From positions 226,009-290,008 of the forward strand of contig JACKFQ010000001.1 in the NCBI GenBank assembly GCA_020632395.1: a stretch of DNA of 64,000 nucleotides, read 5' to 3'. A program made the position numbers and the translations under genes. This DNA comes from Candidatus Nomurabacteria bacterium (lineage in GTDB: Bacteria > Patescibacteriota > Dojkabacteria > SC72 > JAHDCA01). Below are positions 39,082 to 48,855 of this stretch, one piece after another; within the stretch, counting starts at the first letter, position 1; every line of letters begins with the position of its first letter. Below the pieces are notes generated by a model that was not told the origin of the DNA, did not search any database, and worked only from the letters and a program-made list of their open reading frames with translations.

Positions 39082-40312
39082 GCGAATTATAGTAATTAGT
39101 TAATTCTAAAATGATCCTATCGGCATCTGAGGGTGAGATATTAGCATGCAAGGGTAGGTTGATAATATCCCTACACAGATCCTCAGCATTCGGACACGAC
39201 CCTTCATCATACATCGTGATATATGGAGAGAAAGTTGCAGGAGCTACCGGATTCCAATACCAATCCCCAAGAAGAATATTTTGTTCTTTCATATACTTCA
39301 TCAAACCCGTTCTATCTTTGACACGAAGAGCCATTCGCAAAGGTACCACATCTGGATTTTCTTCAACAATAGTGATATTTCGGTCTTCACCCAATGCTTT
39401 GATGAACTTCTGAAACAGCAAAGCTCGATATGACTGTATCTCTGAGATATCTTCTAGTTGACCCATTGCGATCTCGGCTAGAGCCCCTGGAAGTTTTGTT
39501 GGTATATGCTTCGGTCTCTCACCCTGTTTCTCTTCTTTAGTCGTTGCCCTCGAGATCAACCCACTTTTTGTATAGATCAGATGAAGAACTTTTCCAAAGC
39601 CAGAAACATACGTTGATTTTATAGTTCTCCATAGTATCGGGAAAAGTATCCTCTTGAACACCCAGCTAGAACCAGGGTAGTGAAGTGAAAGATATCTTGT
39701 ATTTAGTGTTGATGCAACATCCAGTTCAGGATCAAATACCATCACACCCCCGTCAACACCAGAAACTACTTTATCTCTTCCGAGGCTATATATGATCACA
39801 TCAGTTTCTGGTAATACCTCACTATTTGATGTGGGTATAAAATGGGTCGAATCTAGGATAAGTAGTATGCCTCTCTGCTTGCAGATCTCCCTCACTTTCT
39901 CATAGCTAGGTACACTCCCAAGAGTCACCTGGACTACAACAGCTACTGTTTGTGGGTCGATCCCAGCGATGATAGTATCCTCAGCTGGGACCAATTTACC
40001 TTTTTGGATATCTATATATCTGGGTGTCAATCCTGCCCATACGGCAGGTAATGACGCTGCAGCACAAGTAAATCCTTGATATACGACATTTCCATTTGGT
40101 TTACTTATGCTACTGAGTAGTTCGAATAAAGCTGATCTAGCATGACTATATGTCAAAACTGTCTTTCCAGGATGTAATTTCAAGAAGTGATCATTGACAC
40201 GAGATATCGATCCAGTATCAAACCATCGTCTAGGGGATAGTAGTAGACGATAGTTCAAGTTTAGATCTTTCGGACGGGTATTTGGAGAATATGAGCTATA
40301 TATCAATTTCAT
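39074..40312 (-). CDS. DegT/DnrJ/EryC1/StrS-family PLP aminotransferase-like protein
   Basis: Fold pattern of sugar aminotransferases (..VIIYSLGRDKVVSGVDGGVMVF..) with a Lys in the expected Schiff-base region. Confidence 0.45.
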   Translation of the reverse strand: MKLIYSSYSPNTRPKDLNLNYRLLLSPRRWFDTGSISRVNDHFLKLHPGKTVLTYSHARSALFELLSSISKPNGNVVYQGFTCAAASLPAVWAGLTPRYIDIQKGKLVPAEDTIIAGIDPQTVAVVVQVTLGSVPSYEKVREICKQRGILLILDSTHFIPTSNSEVLPETDVIIYSLGRDKVVSGVDGGVMVFDPELDVASTLNTRYLSLHYPGSSWVFKRILFPILWRTIKSTYVSGFGKVLHLIYTKSGLISRATTKEEKQGERPKHIPTKLPGALAEIAMGQLEDISEIQSYRALLFQKFIKALGEDRNITIVEENPDVVPLRMALRVKDRTGLMKYMKEQNILLGDWYWNPVAPATFSPYITMYDEGSCPNAEDLCRDIINLPLHANISPSDADRIILELTNYYNSHV

Positions 40313-41733
40313 TTTCTACAATGATGAGATAAATCCTGCATAACTTTGGGTGAGAAACGACCTTCCAACAAGAAAACATCTTTTTCTGTACCACTACAGA
40401 TCTTTTCGTGTACACTTTTTTCATCTACAAGTTCTGAGATCTCATCCCCTGCGATTTTGTGAAGTACAGGATCAGTTGTGATCAGATGAATATTTAATTC
40501 TCGTAGAACACTTACTATACGTTCATACGATGTTTCCAAAGTATCACCTAATTCTAACAATCCCCTTGTAATTGCGGTTCTATTCGTCTGGGAGAATTCA
40601 GAGATATAATGCAAGGCCGCAATAAATCCTTCCACGCTAGAATTATAGCTGTCATCTATCAGGATCGAACCATTATCCAATTCTCTACGAGAAAGCTTCT
40701 GTGATATTGGCTTTAGATGTTTTAATGCTTCTACTATCTGCTTCTCATCCAAGCCCAGATCGATCGCACATGCTAAAGCACCTGTTAGATTAAGAATACT
40801 ATGGTTTCCGGGAAGAACTGTGTTCAAGGATAGATTTAGATTCTTGTATGCAAAGTGGAATGAACCGTTTCCTGTCGGTTGTGAATAAGCATCTGCCTTG
40901 GGATTTGTGATCGAATAAGTGATAACAGTACAGTGAGCAGCTTTGGTCATGACCTCGTAACCGTCGCAATCCATGTTCAAATACAGTTTTCCATCCTTTG
41001 GTAGAGCAGAAGGGAGTTCAGATTTAGCTTTCAATAATGCCTCACGAGATCCAAAAATATCTACATGCTGATTTCCGAGACCAGTGACAAATCCTATCCT
41101 TGGTGGAGTGATGTTTGCTGATCGCGTGATCGTTCCAACGGTATATGCTGCCATCTCACTTATAAAATACTGTGTGTCTGGACGGATCTCGTTGAGAAAT
41201 GACATAGCTACACCAACTTCCGAGTTGTAATTCTTTTTGGTCGATGCCACCTTATATTTTTCTGACAGTAGCCGGTGAAGGATGACCTTCATAGAGCTTT
41301 TCCCATATGAACCAGTAACTCCTATCACAACGGCGTCAGAATCTTTTGCCATCTGCTCGGCTCGTTTGATGATCCTACCTCTTTTATATAGTGCAAGAGG
41401 CTCTGTCAGCAACACACCCAAAAACACCACAACCTTAGATGCCAGAAAACCTAAACCCCAAAATAGTGTATAAGAAAGATCTATCTCCTGAAATCTCAAA
41501 GCCGTCCACCCAAAATAAGCAACCATGATCAAAAAAACAAATCCTGTTATCAGAATATTACGCAAAGATCTTGCAGGCATTTTGAGCGGGATCCAAAACC
41601 CTCGATTATCTTTAATTCCGCTCAGTATTCTAGGTAAAAAATACTCCTTGATCTGAAATTGATAGAGAGTGGGTAGAGAAAAGAATGTAGACACGATCAA
41701 ACCTATTAGTGAGAAGAAGATTGTCATGATCAA
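40309..41733 (-). CDS. murF: Mur ligase, MurF-like, with N-terminal multi-TM membrane anchor
   Basis: VIGVTGSYGKSS P-loop and Mur ligase middle/C domains, preceded by ~110 aa containing 3-4 TM helices. Confidence 0.7.
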   Translation of the reverse strand: MIMTIFFSLIGLIVSTFFSLPTLYQFQIKEYFLPRILSGIKDNRGFWIPLKMPARSLRNILITGFVFLIMVAYFGWTALRFQEIDLSYTLFWGLGFLASKVVVFLGVLLTEPLALYKRGRIIKRAEQMAKDSDAVVIGVTGSYGKSSMKVILHRLLSEKYKVASTKKNYNSEVGVAMSFLNEIRPDTQYFISEMAAYTVGTITRSANITPPRIGFVTGLGNQHVDIFGSREALLKAKSELPSALPKDGKLYLNMDCDGYEVMTKAAHCTVITYSITNPKADAYSQPTGNGSFHFAYKNLNLSLNTVLPGNHSILNLTGALACAIDLGLDEKQIVEALKHLKPISQKLSRRELDNGSILIDDSYNSSVEGFIAALHYISEFSQTNRTAITRGLLELGDTLETSYERIVSVLRELNIHLITTDPVLHKIAGDEISELVDEKSVHEKICSGTEKDVFLLEGRFSPKVMQDLSHHCRK

Positions 41734-42485
41734 CTTTCCTTCAAAAAGTGAATTATATCGTTTGCCACCTCAACTGGTTCTGCTATCGGGAGATTATGTG
41801 TCATATTCTCATAAATTTTCATCTTGGAGTCTGTGATCTTCTCATTTAGATATTTCCCTTCTGCAATAGGAGTTGATAGATCATGCCTCCCCCACAATAT
41901 CAATGTCGGCAAGTGTACAGAACGTAAGATCGGCCTGAGATCCTTCTTAAGGATCTTTCTGTAGATCGATTCTAGATGGAGATATTTCAATGAATCCGAT
42001 CGTCTGTGAAAAAGTTTGTAATATAGTCTTCTCACAGGGAGGAGATAATCTCTCAGGTGATCATAGAAAGGCACGAACTTCGTGAGCTTTCCCAATCCTG
42101 AAACTTTCGGTTCCCGATAATAAGAAGCTGCTATAAGCACAAGCTTCTCAAATAGAGCAGGGTGGTTGGCAGCCAAATATATACCGATCCCCCCTCCAAA
42201 AGAGTGACCTATATAAACAAGTTTATTCAGCTTCAACTGCCTAATGAACTGCAATACCGTTTCAGGATACTGTTCTGCTTCCCAATTCATGGGGGGGTTC
42301 TGACTTTCTCCAAACCCAGGGAGATCTAATAAATAGACTTTCCGTGTTTTTGCTAATTCTCTGGCTAAAGCATCCAGACTTTGTTTGTTTCCACCCCATC
42401 CATGTACAAGTATGGTCGGGTCTCCACTCCCATAGGTCACATACGAGATCTTCAGTTCGTTTACTTTAATATTCATTGATATCAA
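41730..42485 (-). CDS. alpha/beta-hydrolase fold protein
   Basis: GHSFGG nucleophile elbow (GxSxG), LVHGWGG oxyanion region, C-terminal His. Confidence 0.7.
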   Translation of the reverse strand: MISMNIKVNELKISYVTYGSGDPTILVHGWGGNKQSLDALARELAKTRKVYLLDLPGFGESQNPPMNWEAEQYPETVLQFIRQLKLNKLVYIGHSFGGGIGIYLAANHPALFEKLVLIAASYYREPKVSGLGKLTKFVPFYDHLRDYLLPVRRLYYKLFHRRSDSLKYLHLESIYRKILKKDLRPILRSVHLPTLILWGRHDLSTPIAEGKYLNEKITDSKMKIYENMTHNLPIAEPVEVANDIIHFLKES

Positions 42486-42579
42486 TTCTATCAGATAATT
42501 TGTACTGCTTCATATACGATATGATTTGCATAAGTGCATATAGCCTTATATCATATATCAATACAATAATACGTTAAAT

Positions 42580-43875
42580 TTGAACTATAACAACGTGAAC
42601 AGAATCAAACAGATGATCCCTCAGAACATTAAGAATTATTACCATAAGGTCATGATAAGGCTTTACAACATCTACTATGATGACCCATCATCCAAACTCG
42701 CAGTGATCGGTGTTACCGGAACTGATGGTAAAACGACGACTTGTACATTGATCTACGAGATCCTAAAAGGAGCTGGATACAAAGTAGGTTTGATCACAAC
42801 CATCAGCGCTAGGATCGGTGAAGAATCAATACCCACCGGCTTTCATGTGACCACTCCAGATCCCCAAGTACTTCTCAACCTCATGAAAAGGATGATAGAT
42901 GCTGGAATGGAGTATGTAGTCCTAGAAACCACATCACATGGACTTGATCAAAATCGTGTTAGTACGATCAAGTTTCATGCAGGGATCTTCACTAACGTAA
43001 CACATGAACATCTAGACTATCACAAAACATATGAGGCTTACCTCAATACGAAAGCCACACTTATTCATCTGATCAAACCGGGTGGATTCGTGGTGATCAA
43101 TCTGGATGACAAATCAAGCGAGGTCTTATGTAAGAAAGCTTCTGATCATAAATTAAAAACCTATACATACGGCTTCACTGAAAAAGCAGATCTGTTCGCA
43201 ACTGATTATGAAGATACCACCACAACTACAAAATTTAATGTTCATAATGGGGATCAAACGTTTCCTGTCGAAATGCATCTACCCGGAGAATACAATGTCT
43301 ACAATGCTCTTGGTGCTATACAGGTTGGTCTTGAACTCGGTATATCCCAAGATGTTGTTGCAAGAGCACTGTCAGATGTTAAGACTCTAGAGGGGAGATG
43401 GGAAGTATTGCAAAAGGAGCCATACAAAGTGGTTGTAGACTTCGCACATACACCAAATGCCTTAGAAAAGATGTTAGAGTACGCACGACAGGATAATCCC
43501 ACAGGAAGATTAATTGTTGTTTTTGGTACTGCAGGTAAGCGTGATATTGAGAAGAGACCTCAGATGGGAAGGATCGCAGGGAATCTAGCCGATCTCGTGA
43601 TCCTAACCGCAGAGGACCCAAGAGGAGAAAATATTATCAATATAAACAGACAGATCGCTGTTGGTCTTGCAGAAGTAGGTAAGATAGAGGAGAAAGATTA
43701 TTTCAGCATAACTGATAGACGTAAAGCAATTGCTCGAGCTATGAAACTTGCTAAACCCGGTGACACAGTAGTGATCACAGGAAAAGGACACGAGAAGAGT
43801 ATGAATATCGATGGTGTTAACGAGATCCCTTGGAGTGACCAGATGGTTGTAAAAGAATTAATTACAAACGGATGA
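42580..43875 (+). CDS. murE: Mur ligase, MurE-like (UDP-MurNAc-L-Ala-D-Glu:diamino acid ligase)
   Basis: VIGVTGTDGKTTT P-loop. C-terminal domain has EDPRGE in place of the DAP-specific DNPR motif. Confidence 0.7.
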   Translation: MNYNNVNRIKQMIPQNIKNYYHKVMIRLYNIYYDDPSSKLAVIGVTGTDGKTTTCTLIYEILKGAGYKVGLITTISARIGEESIPTGFHVTTPDPQVLLNLMKRMIDAGMEYVVLETTSHGLDQNRVSTIKFHAGIFTNVTHEHLDYHKTYEAYLNTKATLIHLIKPGGFVVINLDDKSSEVLCKKASDHKLKTYTYGFTEKADLFATDYEDTTTTTKFNVHNGDQTFPVEMHLPGEYNVYNALGAIQVGLELGISQDVVARALSDVKTLEGRWEVLQKEPYKVVVDFAHTPNALEKMLEYARQDNPTGRLIVVFGTAGKRDIEKRPQMGRIAGNLADLVILTAEDPRGENIININRQIAVGLAEVGKIEEKDYFSITDRRKAIARAMKLAKPGDTVVITGKGHEKSMNIDGVNEIPWSDQMVVKELITNG

Positions 43876-43881
43876 GAACAA

Positions 43882-44640
43882 ATGAAGTACATATTTTCAG
43901 AATTCACCGCTACTTATAGCCAATACGAATTTCCTTATCAGATCTATGTATTTAGAGAGGAAAGTGACAAATTAGAGGATATATATTCAAAAGGAGCACT
44001 TCCTACGCGTATTGACGCCAGGTTGTTCTATGTAGCCCGAGGTGTACGAGTAGATCTTACAAAATTCTCCCCAAATAGTGAAAATCGCAGAATTGCCAGA
44101 AAGACATCCAACTTGCAACTCAAGATTGTTCCTCTCGATATGTTCGATTATCAACCACATATCGGTAAGTTAGCAAAAGACTTTTACGATACAAAATTCG
44201 GAAAAGGTACTCTCTCCGCTCAAAAGGTAAAATGGCTCTTTCGATCTGGTGCATACTCCCATGTGATAGTCTATAAGGATATCCAACAGAACAGTATCAT
44301 TGGGTACTGTATAGTAAATCTCACGGATAACATAATGCATTATGCATATCCTTTCTATCGATTAGAACTTATCAATACAAATACAGGCATAGGTATGATG
44401 ACAAGTGCCATTATGAATGCTTCAGGAAGTGATCTTGATCTTGTATATCTTGGGACATGCTATGACCAGAGAGCTAAATATAAACTACAGTTCAAAGGTA
44501 TAGAATACTTTAATGGGTGGGAGTGGTCTGAGGATATCGATGCTTTAAAGTCATTACTAAATTCCAAACATGATTCTCATCTATTATCGACACCAGGTAA
44601 ACGTACCAATTTAATTGAACATCTGACAGGAACGCCATGA
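43882..44640 (+). CDS. Bpt/ATE_C-like (arginyl/leucyl-tRNA-protein transferase C-domain, GNAT-fold) protein
   Basis: ...SIIGYCIVNLTDNIMHYAYPFY...VYLGTCYDQRAKYKLQFKGIEYFNGWEW resembles the ATE_C signature YLGYwI...M.YK..F.P.E.l..W. Confidence 0.4.
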   Translation: MKYIFSEFTATYSQYEFPYQIYVFREESDKLEDIYSKGALPTRIDARLFYVARGVRVDLTKFSPNSENRRIARKTSNLQLKIVPLDMFDYQPHIGKLAKDFYDTKFGKGTLSAQKVKWLFRSGAYSHVIVYKDIQQNSIIGYCIVNLTDNIMHYAYPFYRLELINTNTGIGMMTSAIMNASGSDLDLVYLGTCYDQRAKYKLQFKGIEYFNGWEWSEDIDALKSLLNSKHDSHLLSTPGKRTNLIEHLTGTP

Positions 44641-46061
44641 AAAAAGTACATTTTATCGGCATTGTAGCTTCTGCTATAGCTCCTATCGCAATTATGATGA
44701 AGGAGAAAGGCTGGGATGTGACTGGTTCAGACGAAGGTGTCTTCGAACCGGCTCTATCTCTACTCAATAATGCAGGAGTGAAGTGGTATGAAGGATACTC
44801 AGCAGAAAGGGTACATGGATGCGACCTGGTGATAATTGGAGGAGGACCATTGATGAAAGACCCTAATAATCCAGAATATCTTGAAGCCCTCCGATTAGGC
44901 TTGCCTACGAAAGGGTACTACTACGCCCTACAGGAATACGTTATCAAAGACAGATCGATTGTCATCGCTGGAAGCTACGGTAAAACAACAACATCTGGAA
45001 TGGTCAATTGGATACTTGAATGTGCTGGGATGAACCCTTCTTTCATGATAGGTGGCAAACCAGGAAATTTCACAACAGGAGTACGCAGTACAGATTCTGA
45101 TATCTCATGTTTAGAGGGTGACGAGTTTGTCTCGGTATTCAACATGGATATGGAACCAAGATTTATCTATTACAAACCCAAATATACCTTGGTTAGTGCA
45201 TCAAAGTGGGATCATATGAATGTGTACCCTACGGAAAAGTCATACACAGATGCATTTCTCAAGTTGGTCAAGCTGACTAAGCAGAACGATGGAGTACTAT
45301 ATCTTTGTGGCTCAGGTACGAATAACGATCTGCTAGAGAGATCTGCAAGTGTGATAGACCTTAGAGTTGTGACATATATGATAGACGGAAAAGAAGCTTT
45401 ACTCGAACAAGACCCTGAATACAGGGCAAAAATATCAGATGTTAGTATTAAAGGAACTACGTTTGAGGTATATCATAAGGCATTATCACTTGGGGAATTC
45501 ACAACAACACAGATTGGCACACACAATGTCGAGAACTCTCTTGGGGCAATAACAGTTTGTCATGATCTAGGGGTACCACTAGAAAAGATCAAAGAGGGTA
45601 TCAAGAGTTTTAAGGGAATTAAGCGAAGATTGGAGATTATTGGTAATAATTCAAAAGGTGCATTAGTAATAGATGATTTTGCTCACTCAGCTATGAAAGC
45701 TGAGGCGTCGCTTAGTGCATTACGTCAAAGTTATCCTGATTCGAAGATAGTCACAGTATACTTCCCTAGGCAATCTGCTAGAGAGAACAGAGAAGAACTA
45801 GATTTTTATCCTGGTGCTTTTGATGCAGCCGATCTTGTGATCATCCCACGCATACAAGTGAAACGTTCAACACCTAAAGAGCAACGGATATATGGGAAGG
45901 ACATTATCGAGGCGATCGCTCATACGCAACCAAATGTCGAGTACATTCCAGTAGAGGAAGATCTTGTTAGTAGATTGGTCAACGAATCCTCCGATAACAC
46001 AGTAATTGTATTCATGTCGGCTAGTGGGTGGGGTAGGGTGATTGATGAGGTGTTGAGGTAA
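44637..46061 (+). CDS. murC: Mur ligase, MurC/Mpl-like (UDP-MurNAc:L-Ala ligase)
   Basis: N-terminal HFIGIVASAIAPIAIMMKEKGWDVTGSD Rossmann region and GSYGKTTTSGMV P-loop. Confidence 0.7.
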   Translation: MKKVHFIGIVASAIAPIAIMMKEKGWDVTGSDEGVFEPALSLLNNAGVKWYEGYSAERVHGCDLVIIGGGPLMKDPNNPEYLEALRLGLPTKGYYYALQEYVIKDRSIVIAGSYGKTTTSGMVNWILECAGMNPSFMIGGKPGNFTTGVRSTDSDISCLEGDEFVSVFNMDMEPRFIYYKPKYTLVSASKWDHMNVYPTEKSYTDAFLKLVKLTKQNDGVLYLCGSGTNNDLLERSASVIDLRVVTYMIDGKEALLEQDPEYRAKISDVSIKGTTFEVYHKALSLGEFTTTQIGTHNVENSLGAITVCHDLGVPLEKIKEGIKSFKGIKRRLEIIGNNSKGALVIDDFAHSAMKAEASLSALRQSYPDSKIVTVYFPRQSARENREELDFYPGAFDAADLVIIPRIQVKRSTPKEQRIYGKDIIEAIAHTQPNVEYIPVEEDLVSRLVNESSDNTVIVFMSASGWGRVIDEVLR

Positions 46062-46275
46062 TACTCCATATTAGTAGAAACACAATACACCCTTTCCATA
46101 CTATAAGTCTAATGGTATAATGAATAATTATGCAACACAGATTCGAGCAACAAAATAAAAGAAAACTCTCACACACCGAAACATGGGTGAAACCTTGTTA
46201 TATGATCGGTGTCATCAATTACCCTATCTTGGAGAGCTTTTCAGTAATGTAATTTTTATAAATGTTGAAACAGAA

Positions 46276-46299
46276 GGCCTCCAAACGGAGGCCTTTTTC
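46276..46299 (+). terminator. rho-independent terminator
   Basis: GGCCTCC-AAAC-GGAGGCC stem-loop followed by TTTTTC. Confidence 0.6.
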
Positions 46300-46411
46300 A
46301 TTTTCACCAAATATATAAGTCCAATGTTTGGAAGCGATCTGTCTCAATAGAGGTTTAACCTACCGGAAGTATTGGGAAAGTTCGTTAATAAACTGAACAA
46401 GGAGAATTGTC

Positions 46412-47596
46412 ATGAAAAAAATTAGTAAACTTTTCATCATCGCAAAGTTCATCGAAAGAATACCTGCTGCATTCTTTGGACCAATCTATTCGGTCTATCT
46501 ACTGCAGAACGGCTTGTCACTCTTTCAGGTGAGCTTAGTGAATTTTACATATATGATCACCTTAGCTTTGATAGATCCTTCAACAGGACGGTTAGGTGAT
46601 AAATATGGTCATACTCGTATATACATCTTAGGTACAGCAATTTTTGGTTTGGCTGACCTAATATATGGATCGGGTTCTATGATCATGATATTCATCATTG
46701 CAGAGATCACTGCTTCAATTGGAAAAGCACTGATGTCAGAAGCTTTAGAAGCAAAGCTAAAGAATTCCGTACGAGATGATTCAGAAGTTCATAAAGCGAA
46801 AGCAGACGCTAAGCTACTCAGTCAGATAGGAAAGTTAAGCCTATCAGCTGTGTCTACTTTAGTACTAGCAAGATTTGATAATCTATCAATTGGCTGGTAC
46901 ATAGCCGCTGCGATTAGCTTAGGTGGATCTGGAATTCTACTCTTCCTTCTACGACATGAGGTTGTAGAAGAGAAGGAGATACGTCGGAATGGCACCGCAA
47001 CGAGATCAGAGATGAGCTACAAACAGGCTTTTCGGATCATCCGTCATAACCCGAAATTGTCGTTCATAGCGATGCTCACTTTCATCTCATATCTAGCGTT
47101 CCAACCACTAAACATGTATTGGAGTCCTCTGTTAGAACAGAAGACTGGTGGAATAGAATTGCTAGGAAGTTTCTGGGTTGCTGTTTCACTAACTATAGTC
47201 GTGGGTCAGCTACTTGCAAGACGGATAAAAGTAGCAAAGATCGATAGACAAATGAACCTCATCATGTTGGCTGTTACAGCAGTAATGATACTGCTCGCAA
47301 CCATCTCAAGTAATGTCGTGCTGATTGCCTTAGCTTTTCTGTTACATGAGATCCCCAGAAGTATGCAACAAACTGTTTTGCATACAATGACTAACCGCTC
47401 AGATGATGAGGATGAGATCCCAGATGAAGATAGGGCTTTCATTAACTCGATCTTCGGGTCATTGACCACACTGGGATCAGCGATAGGATTGCTTGGACTT
47501 GGCGCTCTGACCGAGTTCTTGACCATTCAACAGGTTTGGAGTGTTTCAGGGGGTATCCTTCTGATCACAACACTCCTGTTATGGCGAAAAAAGTAA
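46412..47596 (+). CDS. MFS-like multi-TM transporter
   Basis: ~12 hydrophobic helices; loop motif GRLGDKYGHTR. Confidence 0.5.
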   Translation: MKKISKLFIIAKFIERIPAAFFGPIYSVYLLQNGLSLFQVSLVNFTYMITLALIDPSTGRLGDKYGHTRIYILGTAIFGLADLIYGSGSMIMIFIIAEITASIGKALMSEALEAKLKNSVRDDSEVHKAKADAKLLSQIGKLSLSAVSTLVLARFDNLSIGWYIAAAISLGGSGILLFLLRHEVVEEKEIRRNGTATRSEMSYKQAFRIIRHNPKLSFIAMLTFISYLAFQPLNMYWSPLLEQKTGGIELLGSFWVAVSLTIVVGQLLARRIKVAKIDRQMNLIMLAVTAVMILLATISSNVVLIALAFLLHEIPRSMQQTVLHTMTNRSDDEDEIPDEDRAFINSIFGSLTTLGSAIGLLGLGALTEFLTIQQVWSVSGGILLITTLLLWRKK

Positions 47597-47598
47597 AT

Positions 47599-47650
47599 AA
47601 ACACCTCGGAGGTTCATTCCGGTGAGCCTCTGGGGTGTTTACTTTTTCTC
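47599..47650. terminator. bidirectional intrinsic terminator between convergent MFS gene and murB
   Basis: AAACACCTCGGAGG...CCTCTGGGGTGTTT imperfect hairpin with T-runs on both strands. Confidence 0.5.
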
Positions 47651-48788
47651 AGACGATCACAACCTCACTCTTTAGATCGATCCCATAGGCATCTTTTACG
47701 TTCTTCTTCATTGCTTCTGTGTATTCAAAGACCTCTTTACCAGTTGCTTTCTTATTTGTTATGACACAAAGTGCATGGCGATCGAATGTACCGACATTCC
47801 CATCCCACTTACCTTTCCAACCAAGCTCATCAAGTAAACGACCAGCAGGGATCTTTACGATCTCTTGATCACCAGTATCCTCCCAAGAAGTATTGTGATA
47901 ATCCATCTTGTTGACCGGATACTGTTGTAATTCGTCGATCTTGGTCGCTAACTCTTTAAACTGATCAACTGTCAAAAACGGATTCGTAAAGAAGCTTCCA
48001 CAGGTACCATACTCATCCATCCAAGGAAGCTTATATTTTCGTAATTCGGTGACAGCACGAACCACATCAATTGGTTTATAAGGGGGAGTAGCTATCTTCT
48101 TTAACCACTCTTCTAAACTCTCGTTCTTATATCGGGAATGATAAGAGGTGTCAAACTCAGCATGCTTAGACAACCGCAATGTGACTGAAACTATAGCGTA
48201 ATGCTCAAAACCTTTCTCCTTGAAGATACTGTGACGATATTTGAAATTCATATCATCATGTTTGAAAACTTTCAGTTCACCGTTATATAGATCTACAGCC
48301 TCAAGCTCTACGAAAACATCTTCAGTCACTTGACCGTAAGCGGCAATGTTACCCACAGGTGCAGCACCAACTGTACCAGGTATGTAGGCAAGATTTTCTA
48401 CACCACTGTATTCCTGCTCTGCCAACCAGACAACTACATCCCTCCATATCTCACCAGCACCAAATTTAAAGTCTGTATAGTCCCCATTCGTATGGAGTTT
48501 TTCCCTTCCTCTAATTTCCATCTTTATCAACAGACCCGTAAGATCCTTTGTAAATAAAGTGTTACTTCCTTCTCCTAAGATAAAAAACACCTTCTCTTTG
48601 AAAGGGTATTGTTTCGTAAGTTCGATCAGATCATCTTTAGAAGAAATAGCTATAAATTGGTCAGCAAATGCTTCGATAAACAATGTGTTCAATGACTTCA
48701 GACTTTTATCCTTTGTTATTTTCATTATCCGTTCCTTACAGTTTATCTGTTTACATATTACCCTCACTCGCACTGATAATAAAGACAT
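47649..48788 (-). CDS. murB: UDP-N-acetylenolpyruvoylglucosamine reductase MurB (probable true start MKITKD, ~48725)
   Basis: FAD-binding region IPGTVGAAPVGNIAAYG and C-terminal CGSFFTNP motif. Confidence 0.8.
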   Translation of the reverse strand: MSLLSVRVRVICKQINCKERIMKITKDKSLKSLNTLFIEAFADQFIAISSKDDLIELTKQYPFKEKVFFILGEGSNTLFTKDLTGLLIKMEIRGREKLHTNGDYTDFKFGAGEIWRDVVVWLAEQEYSGVENLAYIPGTVGAAPVGNIAAYGQVTEDVFVELEAVDLYNGELKVFKHDDMNFKYRHSIFKEKGFEHYAIVSVTLRLSKHAEFDTSYHSRYKNESLEEWLKKIATPPYKPIDVVRAVTELRKYKLPWMDEYGTCGSFFTNPFLTVDQFKELATKIDELQQYPVNKMDYHNTSWEDTGDQEIVKIPAGRLLDELGWKGKWDGNVGTFDRHALCVITNKKATGKEVFEYTEAMKKNVKDAYGIDLKSEVVIV

Positions 48789-48855
48789 TTATCGGATAAC
48801 TAATATTTGTAGCAATACTGATCGTACAACGTGGGTGTACTTTCAAAAAGTAGGG

